Under the pieces are notes generated by a model. That model was not told the DNA's origin. It searched no databases and was given only the letters and a program-made list of their open reading frames with translations. DNA of 64,000 nucleotides from assembly GCF_006345805.1 (NCBI RefSeq), contig NC_042998.1, positions 3,658,001 through 3,722,000 on the forward strand, given 5' to 3'. This DNA is from Octopus sinensis. Lineage: Eukaryota. The position numbers were made by a program, and so were the translations under genes. Shown here one piece after another: positions 26,952 to 39,659 of this stretch; the first letter of the stretch is position 1, and every line of letters begins with the position of its first letter.

Positions 26952-27473
26952 CCATAAATCCTCGAGTATAATCCGCACTTTTTTCCAAAAATTTAAAGGT
27001 CAAAATTCCTAGTGTGTACTATATACGAGGTTAAAAAGGAAAAATATTTTCTAAGCAATGTCCGAGTCTCTATTTGCTGTCCGGCAATGTTTATTCAGAT
27101 GCATTTTGAGATGTCGGGCACGAAAATACTTTAAGCTAAGCCTGAAGACAATGAAGTCATAAAAGAATCATCCATAACTTGCAGTAAGCAACATTTATTA
27201 AAATAAAAGTATTCAGAACACAGAATAACATGTAACAAAACCAATTTGCAAACATATTTACATTCCCATATAACAGTTAAGAACATCACCATTATTGTAT
27301 TACACATGCGTGAAAGTGTTTGTTCGACTAGGTGCTGCTGGCTTAATTACGCACAATTTAAGTTAGAGAAGGAGTGCGTATTATACACAAGGTTTAGGTT
27401 TTTCAGAGGTACCGCCCCCTAAAAATCCCCTGCGTATTATACTTGAGGGCGGACTATACTCGAGGATTTACGG
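26952..27473. mobile_element. Tc1/mariner-superfamily MITE, inverted relative to 20310-20822
   Basis: TA TSD, same TIR (one mismatch), internal sequence is the reverse complement of the first copy. Confidence 0.9.
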
Positions 27474-28084
27474 TATGTTACTGTTTGCTGTTGACTATAA
27501 TATTCAAGTCAAGGTCTACAGGGAAGGTATAGTCAAAAAGCTAGTCACAAGTGATGTCTGCCGAAAAAAAAGCCCCTAAAAACCATATGGTAGTACTAAA
27601 GAAAATGCTTGTGGATTTTACCACCTAAATGAAGCTAACCACATAAAGTAAAAGAAACCAACCAATTATGATAAGTTGATTACTCATTAATTTATTTAAA
27701 CAGTAACAGTTGGAAACCAGTTTGAGGTCATCAAGAACTGGAATGTTTTGAAAGAGAATCTCTAGTATCTATATTTGATGTATACACATGTGCAATTAAT
27801 GGAATGAGAGAGATGGAGCTAAGCAGAAAGATACTGTATGTTTATCTCATATAAAACAAGAGCCCATTAAGGCATGTAGCTCTGGGGTTCACTGGATCCT
27901 GTCAAACCGTTCAGCCCATGCCAGCATGGTAAAACAGATATCAAATGATGATGATGATCATCATATATAATATAATATACAATATGATACAAAGCCAATC
28001 ACATAAGAGTGGCCTTTCAAAATGTGCTAACACGGGCTGTGCCCTTGCAATGACCACAGCCTTTGGGCTGAAACACATAAAAGA

Positions 28085-28347
28085 ATATTGCCAGCCTCGC
28101 CTGGCCTCCGTGCCGGTGGCACGTAAAAAGCACCATCTGATCGTGGCCGTTTGCCAGCCTCATCTGGCACCTGTGCAGGTGGCACGTAAAAAGCACCCAC
28201 TACACTCATGGAGTGGTTGGCGTTAGGAAGGGCATCCAGCCGTAGAAACATTGCCAGATCAGACTGGGCCTGGTGCAGCCTTCTGGCTTCCCAGACCCCA
28301 GTTGCACCGTCCAACCCATGCCAGCATGGAAAGCGGATGATGATGAT
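28085..28347 (+). mobile_element. RTE LINE 3'UTR fragment
   Basis: gtgccggtggcacgtaaaaagcac units, ggagtggttggcgttaggaagggcatcc block, GAT tail. Confidence 0.82.
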
Positions 28348-28413
28348 GTGTGTGTGTGTGTGTGTATATGTACACACACACAGATGCACACATGTAAAGA
28401 GATAAACAGATAC

Positions 28414-28449
28414 TTTTCTGATGAAGGACTAGCATCTGAAAGGTTAAAA
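28414..28449 (+). ncRNA. weak minimal hammerhead-ribozyme-like motif
   Basis: TTTT-CTGATGA-A-GGA(CTAGCA)TCT-GAAA-GG-TT-AAAA; same architecture as 46816-46850. Confidence 0.45.
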
Positions 28450-28688
28450 TCAAATGTTCATACTATAACCTTTGCTTAAACTTATATCACTCTTATGCAA
28501 TACTTTTCTCATTTTTCCTCATTATAGCACACACACACACACACACAGAAATTAGAGACAAACCATTATTTAGTTATTCAATCAGTTGTGCAAAGATATT
28601 ATCTATAATAACCACATAGAAATTAATTAAATATCTTATAATTATTATTCTAAAAATCTCATAACAAATCAAACATTAATAATATATA

Positions 28689-29060
28689 TCTCTCTATATA
28701 TAAACGGCAGTTTGTCTGTGTGTGTTTCTGTGTGTCTGTTAGGTTGTACCCTCACCCTGACCATGGCTTTCAACCGATTCTGATGAAACTTGACACACAC
28801 ATAGCCCAATGTCATAATTCAAAACTAACGCAGCGAAAATTTTGAAAAGTTCCCCCAGTTCTGAAAAAAATCGATAAATTCGACATGGGGTCGAGAATCA
28901 GAAACACAAACCACAGACTGTCTAGGGGACGCAACTCCACCTTTTTAACTAAAAAAAAAATTACCATCATTTTTTTTCCATTTTTTGGCTATAACTCTCT
29001 AAAAATGCTTTATAGTTATTTCCCTTACAAACCCGAGCAACGCCGGGCGATACTTGCTAG
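28689..29060 (+). mobile_element. non-autonomous Helitron-like element
   Basis: A|TCTCTCTATATATAAA start, CCCGAGCAACGCCGGG hairpin, CTAG|T end. Confidence 0.85.
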
Positions 29061-29092
<32 letters not shown>

Positions 29093-29870
29093 ATAGATCA
29101 TTAGATTGATCAGATCGGGTAGTGTCTCCTGCAATCATTATTTATCAAGAGGCCAACACTGGATGTTCAGGATGTTCATTTTTATACAGTTCCAACAACA
29201 AGCCCACCATCTGTCCTTTATGTTCATATGTGCATTCATCTACATTTGGGTTAAAAACCTAATTTGTTAGAATGAACAAGAGTGGAGTCACTTTTGATAA
29301 GGCTTTTGGCAAAATTCTTTGCTACATTTGTCACAAAATTTCAATCAAAATCAGTATCAGATAGTCTTCTGAAGATCTATAGAAGACAAAATAACAAATC
29401 TCTTACGAGAATATGTCTGTAATAAGAAAGAGTGTTTGAAATTAGGACAAAGGTCACCATGCATGCATGCATATATACATACAAAGATATTTGTGTGTAG
29501 GTAAGTGCATAAATTCAATTTTGTGTGAGAACATTGCTGCACACACACACACACACATATATACATACACACAGCAAACATTGTTGCATAGACCCTTCAA
29601 ACCCATGTATTCTTATATATATATATAAATTTAAAATAATAAGAGTGAAAAATTGAACATTAATTTGATTAATATTAACGTAAAACAAGTGGTCTAGCAT
29701 ATTGAAAAATCTGAAGATTCAGAAAAATTATATTACATACATATATATGTATGTGTATATATATATATATATATATTAGTAGAAGAAATAGCTATAACCC
29801 TTTGACTGCTATTTCTAAATTCGGTATGTGGTAAGGCAACTCGTTGCTAAACCCTTATTGCTTAGTATTA

Positions 29871-29907
<37 letters not shown>

Positions 29908-30310
29908 TGTTGTGTCTGGAGAGAGCCATTCTCTTTTAGTGCCTTATAATTTAACACACTCACCAGTAAAATTTCCACTTATTTCTTTTTTATTTATCTA
30001 AAATTTCCGTTGCATCTTGTAACCTTTTCAATAGTTTTGACTTTCATAAAAAAGAAAAACAATTGAAATTGTTGCAAGATGCAACGAAAATTTTAGAAAA
30101 ATAAAAAAGAAATAAGTGGAAATTTTACTGGTGAGTGTGTTAAATTATAAGGCACTAAAAGAGAATGTGATACCCCAGACACAATAGAATATGCTTCAAC
30201 ACATGAACTCACATAAAGAATCTTGCAAGCCAAATCCAAAAATGAAATATATATGCATGTATATATGTATATTGTTCTTTGCTGATATTTCTTTGTTGCT
30301 ATATTTGTAG

Positions 30311-30403
30311 AATATTTGCTCTTACCTGTGGTGTCACGTAAACAAGACTTGTACAACAAAGCGTGAGCCTGCTGCAGAAGGCACTATCTGTGGCAGGAAC
30401 AAG
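30311..30403 (+). CDS. ADAMTS7/12-like: ADAMTS7/12-like exon (NICSYLWCHVNKTCTTKREPAAEGTICGRNK)
   Basis: ttgtag acceptor, gtacat donor, 93 nt phase 0-0; CxxLWC...AAEGTxCG disintegrin-like motif; not in the ORF track. Confidence 0.93.
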
Positions 30404-30687
30404 GTACATGGCAAGTATGGTTGCATACTAACTTTAGACTTTCAAAGAAGATTTTGCTGAAATTATCTGGCCGGAAATGGTTTTTGCCATATGACTTATA
30501 TACTAATTTTTTTGTTTTTACTGGGTTAAATCATTGCACTGCAGCCATGCTGGAGCAACAACTTGGAGGGTTGTAGTCAATGGTATTGACCATATTACCT
30601 TATCTGGTACTTATTTTATCATTTTCATTAGGGACGAAAATTGAATTCAAACTTGGTATAAAAGGATATGATTTAAGTTTTAGTTAA

Positions 30688-31124
30688 TTACGAGCAAAAC
30701 GCCCCCTGTCCAATGGACGGTGCTGAGTTGTCAAACATTTAAACCAAATTTTCTCAAAACAACTTGTCCGGCTGTCCCATAGGCCTCCCCTTTGAGAAAC
30801 ACTGATTTAACCTAAATTTGAGACCCCAGCAAAAGAAGAAATAAAGATAGACTTTTTTTCTATTCCAAAGAAAAACGATTTTATTCACACAAATATGCAA
30901 CTGAAGAGTTTAAAGTACCAGTAAGTACATCACAACAGCTGATGTACTTGCGCATACAAATGCACGTTCCCACGGCTTTATCGATCGCATTCTCACCTGG
31001 AATCGATTTTTGTAATTTTTTCAAGACCTATACATGCCCTGATACCGTCGGTACCTACAAATCAAATTTGAGCGCAATCGGATGGAGGATGCCCGAGATC
31101 CTAGAATGGATTTTATATAATAGA
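30688..31124 (-). mobile_element. Helitron-like non-autonomous element, second family
   Basis: TC/AT-rich 5' start; reverse complement of 48378-48744 plus a ~100-bp insertion; 3' end not a canonical CTAG. Confidence 0.55.
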
Positions 31125-31499
31125 TTTCAAAATACTTCTTGTTTGACATAATGATTTTTGTTCATCCCACGCACTTATTGACAAGAACGTTACGACAGTT
31201 TCTCTTTGCCAAATTTCATTCAAAACACTTCGGTTGAATCAAGGCTCAACTAGAAGACACATGTTCAGGAATGTGTGGATGCAAATAAATTCTTTAAAAC
31301 CACACAGCTACTTTGTAGTAAAAGTAACCAGATATCTACCTTTATAGATCATCCATGCCCAATTCTTCATTTCTGTAGATGATCTAATTCAAAACAACAG
31401 GAGGAATTTGACAAATTATTACAAGTATTGAGATAATTCAATTCTGTATATACATATAGACAGTGAAATTTTAACGATGGTAATCTCACTCCTCTAATT

Positions 31500-31720
31500 A
31501 AGGCAGAAAAAGGGCAGAACTGTAAGTCTGCCAGACAAAATGCTTAGTGGCTTTTTGCCTGTCTTTATGTTCTGAGTTTAAATTCTGCTGAGGTTGACTT
31601 TGGCTTTCATCCTTTTGGGGTCAACAAAATAAGCACCAGTTGAACACTGGGACTGATGTAATTGACTTAGCCCCTCCTCCTAAATTGCTGGCCTGGTACC
31701 AAAATTTGAAATCAATATTA
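31500..31720 (+). mobile_element. SINE family D diverged copy
   Basis: collinear with the family D body. Confidence 0.7.
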
Positions 31721-33613
31721 TTCCTCTAATTGGAGAAATCAAAAAATGTGTAAACGCTATTTGACCAAATCCTTTAGAATAAGTTTTGCCCTATCTCCTG
31801 TTAATTTGTTAAAACAAGTACCTGGTGAGAATAAGGTCAAATTGTTGACTATACTCTCTTTGTTTAAATTTGAGATTTTTGCGCACGTGGCTTTTGGATG
31901 GTAAATTTAGAATCATAGTTTCTTACTTAATTGTCTATATGTCTGAGATAAGTTATTATTTGTAAGGTTATCCTTTTTTATACTACAATCCTTTAGGCAT
32001 GAAACTGTTTTCCTGATATTTACATCTACACTATATTTTAATTACTTTGATTTCCAGCTATCATTAGATGTCTTATTTCTAAATATTTATATAGCAGCAC
32101 CATACTAAATGTGAACTATGAAGCTTTATTTTTAAACCAAGAGTACTAATTTCATATCCCCTATACTAGTGGTGCTTAAATTAAAAATATTAAAAGAAAA
32201 AGTTCCCTACTTCTAGTTAGGGCTGATACTTTGTACAGTATCCAAGACAGAAACACCTAATGATCAGAGATAAAATTTATGAAAGTATAGTGTAGATGTA
32301 AATATTGAAATATGTTAGCCTCTACAGATGAAATTAATAGCATGAAAAATTATAATCTAATCATAGTTTCTTGTTTCATGGCTTAACTTACCAGATAATT
32401 GATTAAATGTAATATAATTTGTAGAATTATTCTGTCATTGTACATGAGTGAGAAATACTTTCATAAAACTGTATTCTTCATGTGTACATCATTATTTAGA
32501 GTGCCACTTACTACTTACAATAGTTCTTACATAAAATGTTTTCTTCAAATTATGTAATTTTAGTATAGTTCTTTTTTATTCAGCTGAATGGTGAAAAATA
32601 AACTACATGCTAATTGCAACTTGTACTTAAAAGCAATTCTATCATTAAACTCTTTAGATTCTAGAAAGTTTTAATATATCAGTATGAATTAAAGATATCT
32701 TCCACGGGCACTGGAAAGATGCAATAAAATTAAGAAGCTGCTGAAATTATTTAATCAATAGTCTTTTGTAAATGTTAGTTAGAGGTGGAGGGGCAATAGA
32801 GAGGAACTTTTTAGATGCCTCAAGCTGGTGAAATTATGGTCGGTATACAGTTTGAATATTTGCAATAAAAACGTGGATGGAGAAGAAATATCTGAGGAAG
32901 AAGTGATGCAAGAGAAGGAGAAATTGTTATAGTTATGCAGTTAGTTTGTTTAGGACAGAGGCGATAGTAGTTACAGCAGAAGAGACCAGGTGAAGAAAGT
33001 GCATACCTGAGAGCTAGGAATGTAGTCTGTTATTGAGTAATTCTTTGCCACCTGATTAACAGGTTTTATTTTGTATGTGGTCAGGTATGCACCTCTGTGT
33101 TCAGCAGCAGCACTGTCTCAAACCTGTGATCTGTACATGGCTCTTATTTCAGGGCTGATAAGGTCTTTTGAGCATCGTCTGGCTTAGAAGATGTAAATTA
33201 ACCTTAAGGATGCTGTTTTGGCAATTTTATGTAAATGGTGTTACCATGAGAGATAAGCAGTGTTATGAGACCCAGATTTCGACTGTGTGTCTGGTCATGT
33301 ATCAAAACTTTTCTATTGATATCAATATTTGTGCTGTTTTTGAAGGAGACTATGTAGTCAAATCTCCATTGCCTTTCATCCTTTCGAGGTCAATAAAATA
33401 AGTACCAGTTGAGTACTGGAGGTCAATGTAATTGACTTACTCACTCCCTTAAACATTTTATTTGGTAAAATTTAAGAAATATTAGAATTAAGGCTCAGAT
33501 AAATCAAAAGTGAATAACAGTTGTGGGTCAATCTATGTAATCATCCATAATTTGTTAAATTTTTTAATAGCACAATTCAGTATGATCATTGAACAATAAT
33601 TGAACTGAAAAAT

Positions 33614-33964
33614 AATTGCAGCGTGGAAGGTGTTTGTAAGCCATTTAAGAAACACACAAAAGCCGTTCGATTCACTTCAACATTTAAGTTTAATTTGTCA
33701 AAATATTTTCGGCGCTAAAATCCGCGACCTGTTCACTGACAAGAATCCGTGCTGCATCTCAGAGATGCAGCACGGATTCTTGTCAGTGAACAGGTCGCGG
33801 ATTTTAGCGCCGAAAATATTTTGACAAATTAAACTTAAATGTTGAAGTGAATCGAACGGCTTTTGTGTGTTTCTTAAATGGCTTACAAACACCTTCCACA
33901 CTGCAATTGATTTTGTTCCAGCACACGAAGTCAGATCAGGTCACTTGCTATGCAAGTACATCTC
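33614..33964. repeat. near-perfect palindrome (147-bp arms, 1-nt loop, 1 mismatch) of a probable Penelope-like pseudo-LTR
   Basis: 33614-33760 is the reverse complement of 33762-33908; the right copy continues to 33964. Confidence 0.92.
33780..33827 (+). ncRNA. hammerhead-ribozyme-like motif with G3:C8 core (mirror copy 33695-33742 on the minus strand)
   Basis: TTGTCA-GTGAACA-GGTCGC(GGATTTTA)GCGCC-GAAA-ATAT-TT-TGACAA. Confidence 0.6.
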
Positions 33965-35184
33965 CGAAATGAAAATCATTTGCAATAATTGATAATCCCA
34001 AACAACTGCGATTAAGAAAACTAAGGTCTTGATTAGAACCAATGTTTTTTTTTTTGTTTTTTTTTACTTAAGAATATGCTAAATTGCCAGAATACTCAAT
34101 GCATGGACTTTACTCTTTTATGGATTTCTCACTCTTGTATAACTTTGAACTGTATCAGAAGAAAAAGTACTAGCATGATACATACTTACATACTCACTTC
34201 TTGTAGTAATTTCACTTCTCTGTTGATATCAAAAGTTACTTTTGATACAGTGTCCCTTTCTGGAATGGATAGCTTCACACTATAAGTTCTTTAGTCAAAT
34301 ACCTCTCATTTCTTGATTAATGAATAAAGACCCTGTATCTATGCTCTTAACTGCATTCTAATGACATTTACTTAAACCCATGCTAATTTAATTTCGATTA
34401 ATCATCCTATTACCTTTTAATAACTTTAGTGTTTGCAAATTAACAAAACTCGCCTTGATGCTAGTATTTTCTACCTGTAAACCTTTAAAGTAAAGAAGCT
34501 GCACCACAATGATCCGTTTCAGTCACTGTGTTATGGTTTATATTAACTGTAATGGAAATGAAACAAGCTCTCACTCTAATTCAGCATCTGATGCCATAAC
34601 GACCTTTCTGCTTCAGTCACAATAAATGGCTTAATTCAATTTTCCATTTCCCTTAACAAACTTTTGCTTTTAATTTTGCTTTAGACTGCAACTAATTAAA
34701 AGTTTCTTTGGAGGAATGTTTGTCTTTTGAAGAGTATGTTATTATAATAAGGAGGCAAATAGCATCTTCAAATAAGTCTTCTCCTTGCTCTACACCACAG
34801 CACTCATGGATGTCAACTCCTGCACAGTATGTCTTTCATTGGGGCTTTCATGGCTACAGTCTTAGACCAGATGCAGGATGTTTTTACAAGACATCACTTG
34901 TGTGATTGGCTGATGGTTCATGAAGAGGACAACTGTCCTTTGACAGGTCTTGTACTAAACCTGCAGTCTCCATGACACATTTTTCACCTGGTAAACCAAG
35001 TAGGGAAATAGGTTTTAGTTGCCAGTATAAACATAAACATCATCTAAATGGCTCTGAGGAAGCTGTAAGATATTACACAAGCACTCAGGTCTGAGTGTAA
35101 TGTTCCTCATAACATAAACGACTGTAACCTAATGAAAGTGATTTCCTAGCTCCTGCTCTTTTTGTCATTCAGTAATTCGATAGT

Positions 35185-35490
35185 GAAGGTACATGGCTTA
35201 GTGGTTAGGGCATTCAGCTCACGATTGTAAGGTCGTGAGTTCGATTACCGGCAATGCATTGTGTCCTTGAGCAAGACACTTTATTTCACGTTGCTCCAGT
35301 CCACTCCTAGCTGGCAAAAATGAGTATTACCTGTATTTCAAAGGGCCAGCCTTGTCACACTCTGTGTCATGCTGAATCTCCCTGAGAACTACGTTAGGGG
35401 TACACGTGCCTGTGGATTGCTCAGTCACTTGCATGTTAATTTCACAAGCAAGCTGGAACCCTCGTCTTCGTAACCGATGGAGTGCTCCTT
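35185..35490 (+). mobile_element. SINE family E copy
   Basis: tRNA-like head and ccttgagcaagacact block as at 14665. Confidence 0.78.
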
Positions 35491-35887
35491 AATTCGATAG
35501 GGCACAGATAGTGTGTCAGTAGCCAGCTGGAGGTAATATCTTTCTGGAGTAACAAGCAATAATAGCATCAACCCATAGCCACATTTAGGTGGCAAATATA
35601 TATATAATTCAGGTAATATTATGTTCGATGATGTAGGGTAATAAGTACCTTCAAGCAGTGGTTAGGTTGACTTACTGCCTAAACCCCAATTCCAGCTGTA
35701 ACTAAAAAAGCAGGCGTGTTAAAGCTGCCGAATGTAAATTGGTTGTTGGTAGTGTTTCAATTGAGTAGGTACATGAATAATATAATAAAGGAATAACCAG
35801 ACAAACAACTAGCATCAGGTCAAATAATGCCATATATTTAGTCATAAGGATAGATTTGTTAAAGGAGTATAGGTCACAAAAGGCCGA

Positions 35888-36483
35888 CATATATATATGT
35901 ATATATATATGTATATATATATGTATGTATGTATTTATATATGTATATATATATGTATGTATGTATTTATATATGTATATATATATGTATGTATATATTT
36001 ATATATGTATATATATATGTATGTATGTATTTATATATGTATATATATATGTATGTATGTATTTATGTATGTATTTATATATGTATATATATATGTATGT
36101 ATATATGTATATATATATATGTATGTATATATGTATATATATATATGTATGTATATATGTATATATATGTATGTATGTATATATGTATATATATGTATGT
36201 ATGTATGTATGTATATATATATATATGTATATTTATATATGTATATTTAAATATGTATGTATTTATATATGTATATATATGTATGTATGTATATATATAT
36301 ATGTATATTTATGTATGTATGTATATATATATATGTATATTTATGTATGTATGTATATATATATATGTATATTTATGTATGTATGTATATATATATATGT
36401 ATATTTATATATGTATGTATATATATATGTGTGTATGTATGTATGTATATATATATGTGTATATTTATATATGTATGTATATA

Positions 36484-36513
<30 letters not shown>
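35888..36513. repeat. long (TA)/(TATG) compound microsatellite with a local 32-bp higher-order period
   Basis: atgtatattt recurs at 36301, 36333, 36365, 36397. Confidence 0.95.
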
Positions 36514-36514
<1 letters not shown>

Positions 36515-36857
36515 GTCAAGCCAAGTGACTTTATTATATGCACTCATTTAAATTCCTTCATTTGCTGATGTGTGTCATGAAAATGTAATTTCAAAATTTC
36601 TATGTGCAATGACGTGATTTGTTTCCTTAAAATGTATTAATCAACCAATAGGAATAAAAGCGAGTAGTGGTCTTAACTGAAATAGAAAATATTAAGCGAA
36701 AATATAGCAAGGGAAATAACTTTTAAAGTAATCTTTATTAAGGGAAGTAACTCTATGGTAAAAACCTGACCGAAAATATTAGTCAGCTTCCAAATTTTTG
36801 ATAAAACTAATATTTTTTTGCCGTCACATCATCTCTGATATTTTCTCAACATTACAG

Positions 36858-37003
36858 TGGTGTTTCGACGGTGAATGCGTCACTATCGGTGACCGACCTC
36901 AATCTATCAACGGAGAATGGGGCGAATGGGGAGAGTGGACGAAATGCACAACGAGTTGTGGTGCTGGCGTTTCTAACCGGCAGCGTTACTGTGACAACCC
37001 ACC
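36858..37003 (+). CDS. ADAMTS7/12-like: ADAMTS7/12-like exon (WCFDGECVTIGDRPQSINGEWGEWGEWTKCTTSCGAGVSNRQRYCDNP)
   Basis: ttacag acceptor, gtaagt donor, 146 nt phase 0-2; WxxWxxW..CxxSCGxG TSP1 repeat. Confidence 0.96.
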
Positions 37004-37874
37004 GTAAGTAGCTTTAACACATCATCATCATCATCATCACCACCATTGTCATCATTTTATTGCCCTTTATCCACGCGGTCCATGTCATCTTTGCCTCCCA
37101 CCTCACATACACTCACACGCATTGAATACGTTTTATGATGTTGTTGTCACCAGAGAAATTATTTCATGTCCTCCGCCCTACATCTGTTCTTATTCTGAGA
37201 GTTTTTCCTCTGAGGCATTTAGAATGCAATCTGGTTTATGGTTGGTGTTCCAGTGTTCCTTACAAGAGCCATCTTTGACTTGCTTTCACCTGCAGGACAT
37301 CATTCCTGTCCCAAACCATATTGTAGGGTTTACAGTGTCTCTATTTTTTACAATGGCACCAACAATAAAGAAATTGTCTCAGACAAAATAATCCTAAATA
37401 GGCGCAGTCATAGCTGCTTGGTGAGAAGCTTGTTTCCCATTCAGTGCTGTTTAAAAAAGAACAATGTTTTAGAGAAGCAAAAGTTGGCAGGTGCTTTTCG
37501 TCTTCTCCCATCCTCATCATCCTTTTATCATTATCATTCACCTCATTAATGTCCGTGTCCAACCCGCAAGCTACCTTAATCTATGTTCTGCCTTTATGGC
37601 AAATTTGATAAAATAAAGAAGCTTTTTTCCCAACCAGCTTTCAGTCCTACTGTGTGGCACCTTGCTATATAGCAGTGGGCCAACTAAAACCTAATGAGTA
37701 GATTTGGTAGATGGAAACTGAAAGAAGCCCATCGTATGCATACATACATACATACACTGATAAAATTAAATAACTACCTGGATTAAAAAGAAGAACTGGG
37801 GTCATTTCATTTGACTAAATTTTTCCAAGATGCGCCAGCATGGCTGAAGTCTAATGACAGAGACAAGTAATGTG

Positions 37875-37901
37875 TGTGTGTACGTATGTATGTGTATATG
37901 C

Positions 37902-37950
<49 letters not shown>

Positions 37951-38295
37951 TGTATGTATGTATATATGTATGTATGTATATATGTATGTATGTATATATG
38001 TATGTATGTATGTATGTATGTGTGTATGTGTGTATGTATGTATGTATGTATGTATGTATGTGTGTATGTGTGTATGTGTGTATGTATGTATGTGTGTATG
38101 TATGTATGTATGTATGTGTGTATGTGTGTATGTATGTATGTATATATGTATGTATGTGTGTATGTGTGTATGTATGTATGTATGTATGTGTGTATGTGTG
38201 TATGTATGTATGTATGCATGTATGCATGCATGTATGTATGTATGTATGTATGTATGTGTATGTATGTATGTGTGTATATATATATGTATGTATAT
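37875..38295. repeat. (TATG)/(TGTG) compound microsatellite
   Basis: direct reading. Confidence 0.95.
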
Positions 38296-38629
38296 AGCTT
38301 TGATTACAGGGGATCCATAACGGATCAAGGCATATCAAAGTAAAGCATGCCACATGAATTGGATAGTAAAAAAATTATTGCAGCAGAGGATGAATTAATG
38401 AGTGAAGTTCTAATTGTTGTTATGTAATCCACAATTCTAATTGTTGATGATTTGTAGATTAATCAACAAGTCTCTGCCACTTGTTTATTTGGTTGTGTTG
38501 GGGGTTACATAACATGTTATGCCATCTTAACTAATTGCATTACGTCACTGTAAAGACTGCTAATGAAACAGGTGTAGCAATACCAGATAAACCATAGTTC
38601 TGTTTATATATATATATCTGTCTATATAT

Positions 38630-38848
38630 ACTCTTTTTACTCTTTTACTTGTTTCAGTCATTTGACTGCGGCCATGCTGGAGCACCACCTTTAGTCAAGC
38701 AAATCGGCCCCGGGACTTATTCTTTGTAAGCCCAGTACTTATTCTATCAGTCTCTTTTGCCGAACCACTAAGTGACGGGGACGTAAACACACCAGCATCG
38801 GTTGTCAAGCAATGCTAGGGGGACAAACACAGACACACAAACATACAT

Positions 38849-38895
<47 letters not shown>

Positions 38896-39060
38896 ACGGG
38901 CTTCTTTCAGTTTCCGTCTACCAAATCCTATCACAAGGCTTTGGTCGGCCCGAGGCTGTAGCAGAAGACACTTGCCCAAGATGCCATGCAGTGGGACTGA
39001 ACCCGGAACCATGTGGTTGGTAAGCAAGCTACTTACAACACATCCACTCCTGCACCTATA
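38630..39060 (-). mobile_element. SINE family A copy
   Basis: reverse-complement full-length match. Confidence 0.9.
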
Positions 39061-39074
39061 TATATATATATATA

Positions 39075-39659
39075 ATTCTACAATTATAAGCATAATTATG
39101 ATTAGAGTTCAGCAAAATTGCTTCACCACATGCCGAAATTTAGAAATAGCAGTTAAATACTATTCCACTAACATGAGACAGCAATACTCCCAACTCGCAT
39201 TCTTCCCCAATCCCCCACATGTGCTACGAGTAATCCCACAGAAACTGCAGTTTACTATCATGGAGTGAATTATATTATCAATAATAATAAAAGGTAAAAT
39301 TAATTAATGAATTAATAATTAATAATTTTACCAAGTAGTTCACTATGTTAAAAAAACCATTATCGGTAAACTTATACAAAAATTCTTTAATTATGAGCAT
39401 AATTATAATTAAGGTTCAGCAAAATTTGCTTCACCACATACCGAAATTTAGAAATAGCAGTTAAAATACTATTCCACTACCATAAGATATCTCCCAGACA
39501 ACAATACTCAACAACTCACGCAGGAACAGAGAAAAAGTGTGAAGCAATTTTGCTGAACCCTAATTATAATTATGTTTATAATTATAGAATTGTACAAGTT
39601 TACCGATAATGGTTCTTTTAACATACCAAACTACTTGGTAAAATTATTAATTATTAATT
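39075..39659. repeat. AT-rich repeat arranged as partial direct plus inverted copies
   Basis: 39075-39200 ~ 39390-39520 (direct); 39311-39433 ~ reverse complement of 39539-39659. Confidence 0.75.

Noticed and set aside
29705-29735. CTGAAGA-TTCA-GAAA-AATTA (also near 53798)
   Set aside because: No stem II and a poor stem I; not called a ribozyme.
35856-38353. Long Tyr/Ile/Met/Val/Cys- or His/Thr-rich ORFs
   Set aside because: Stop-free frames of (TA)/(TATG)/(CA) microsatellites.
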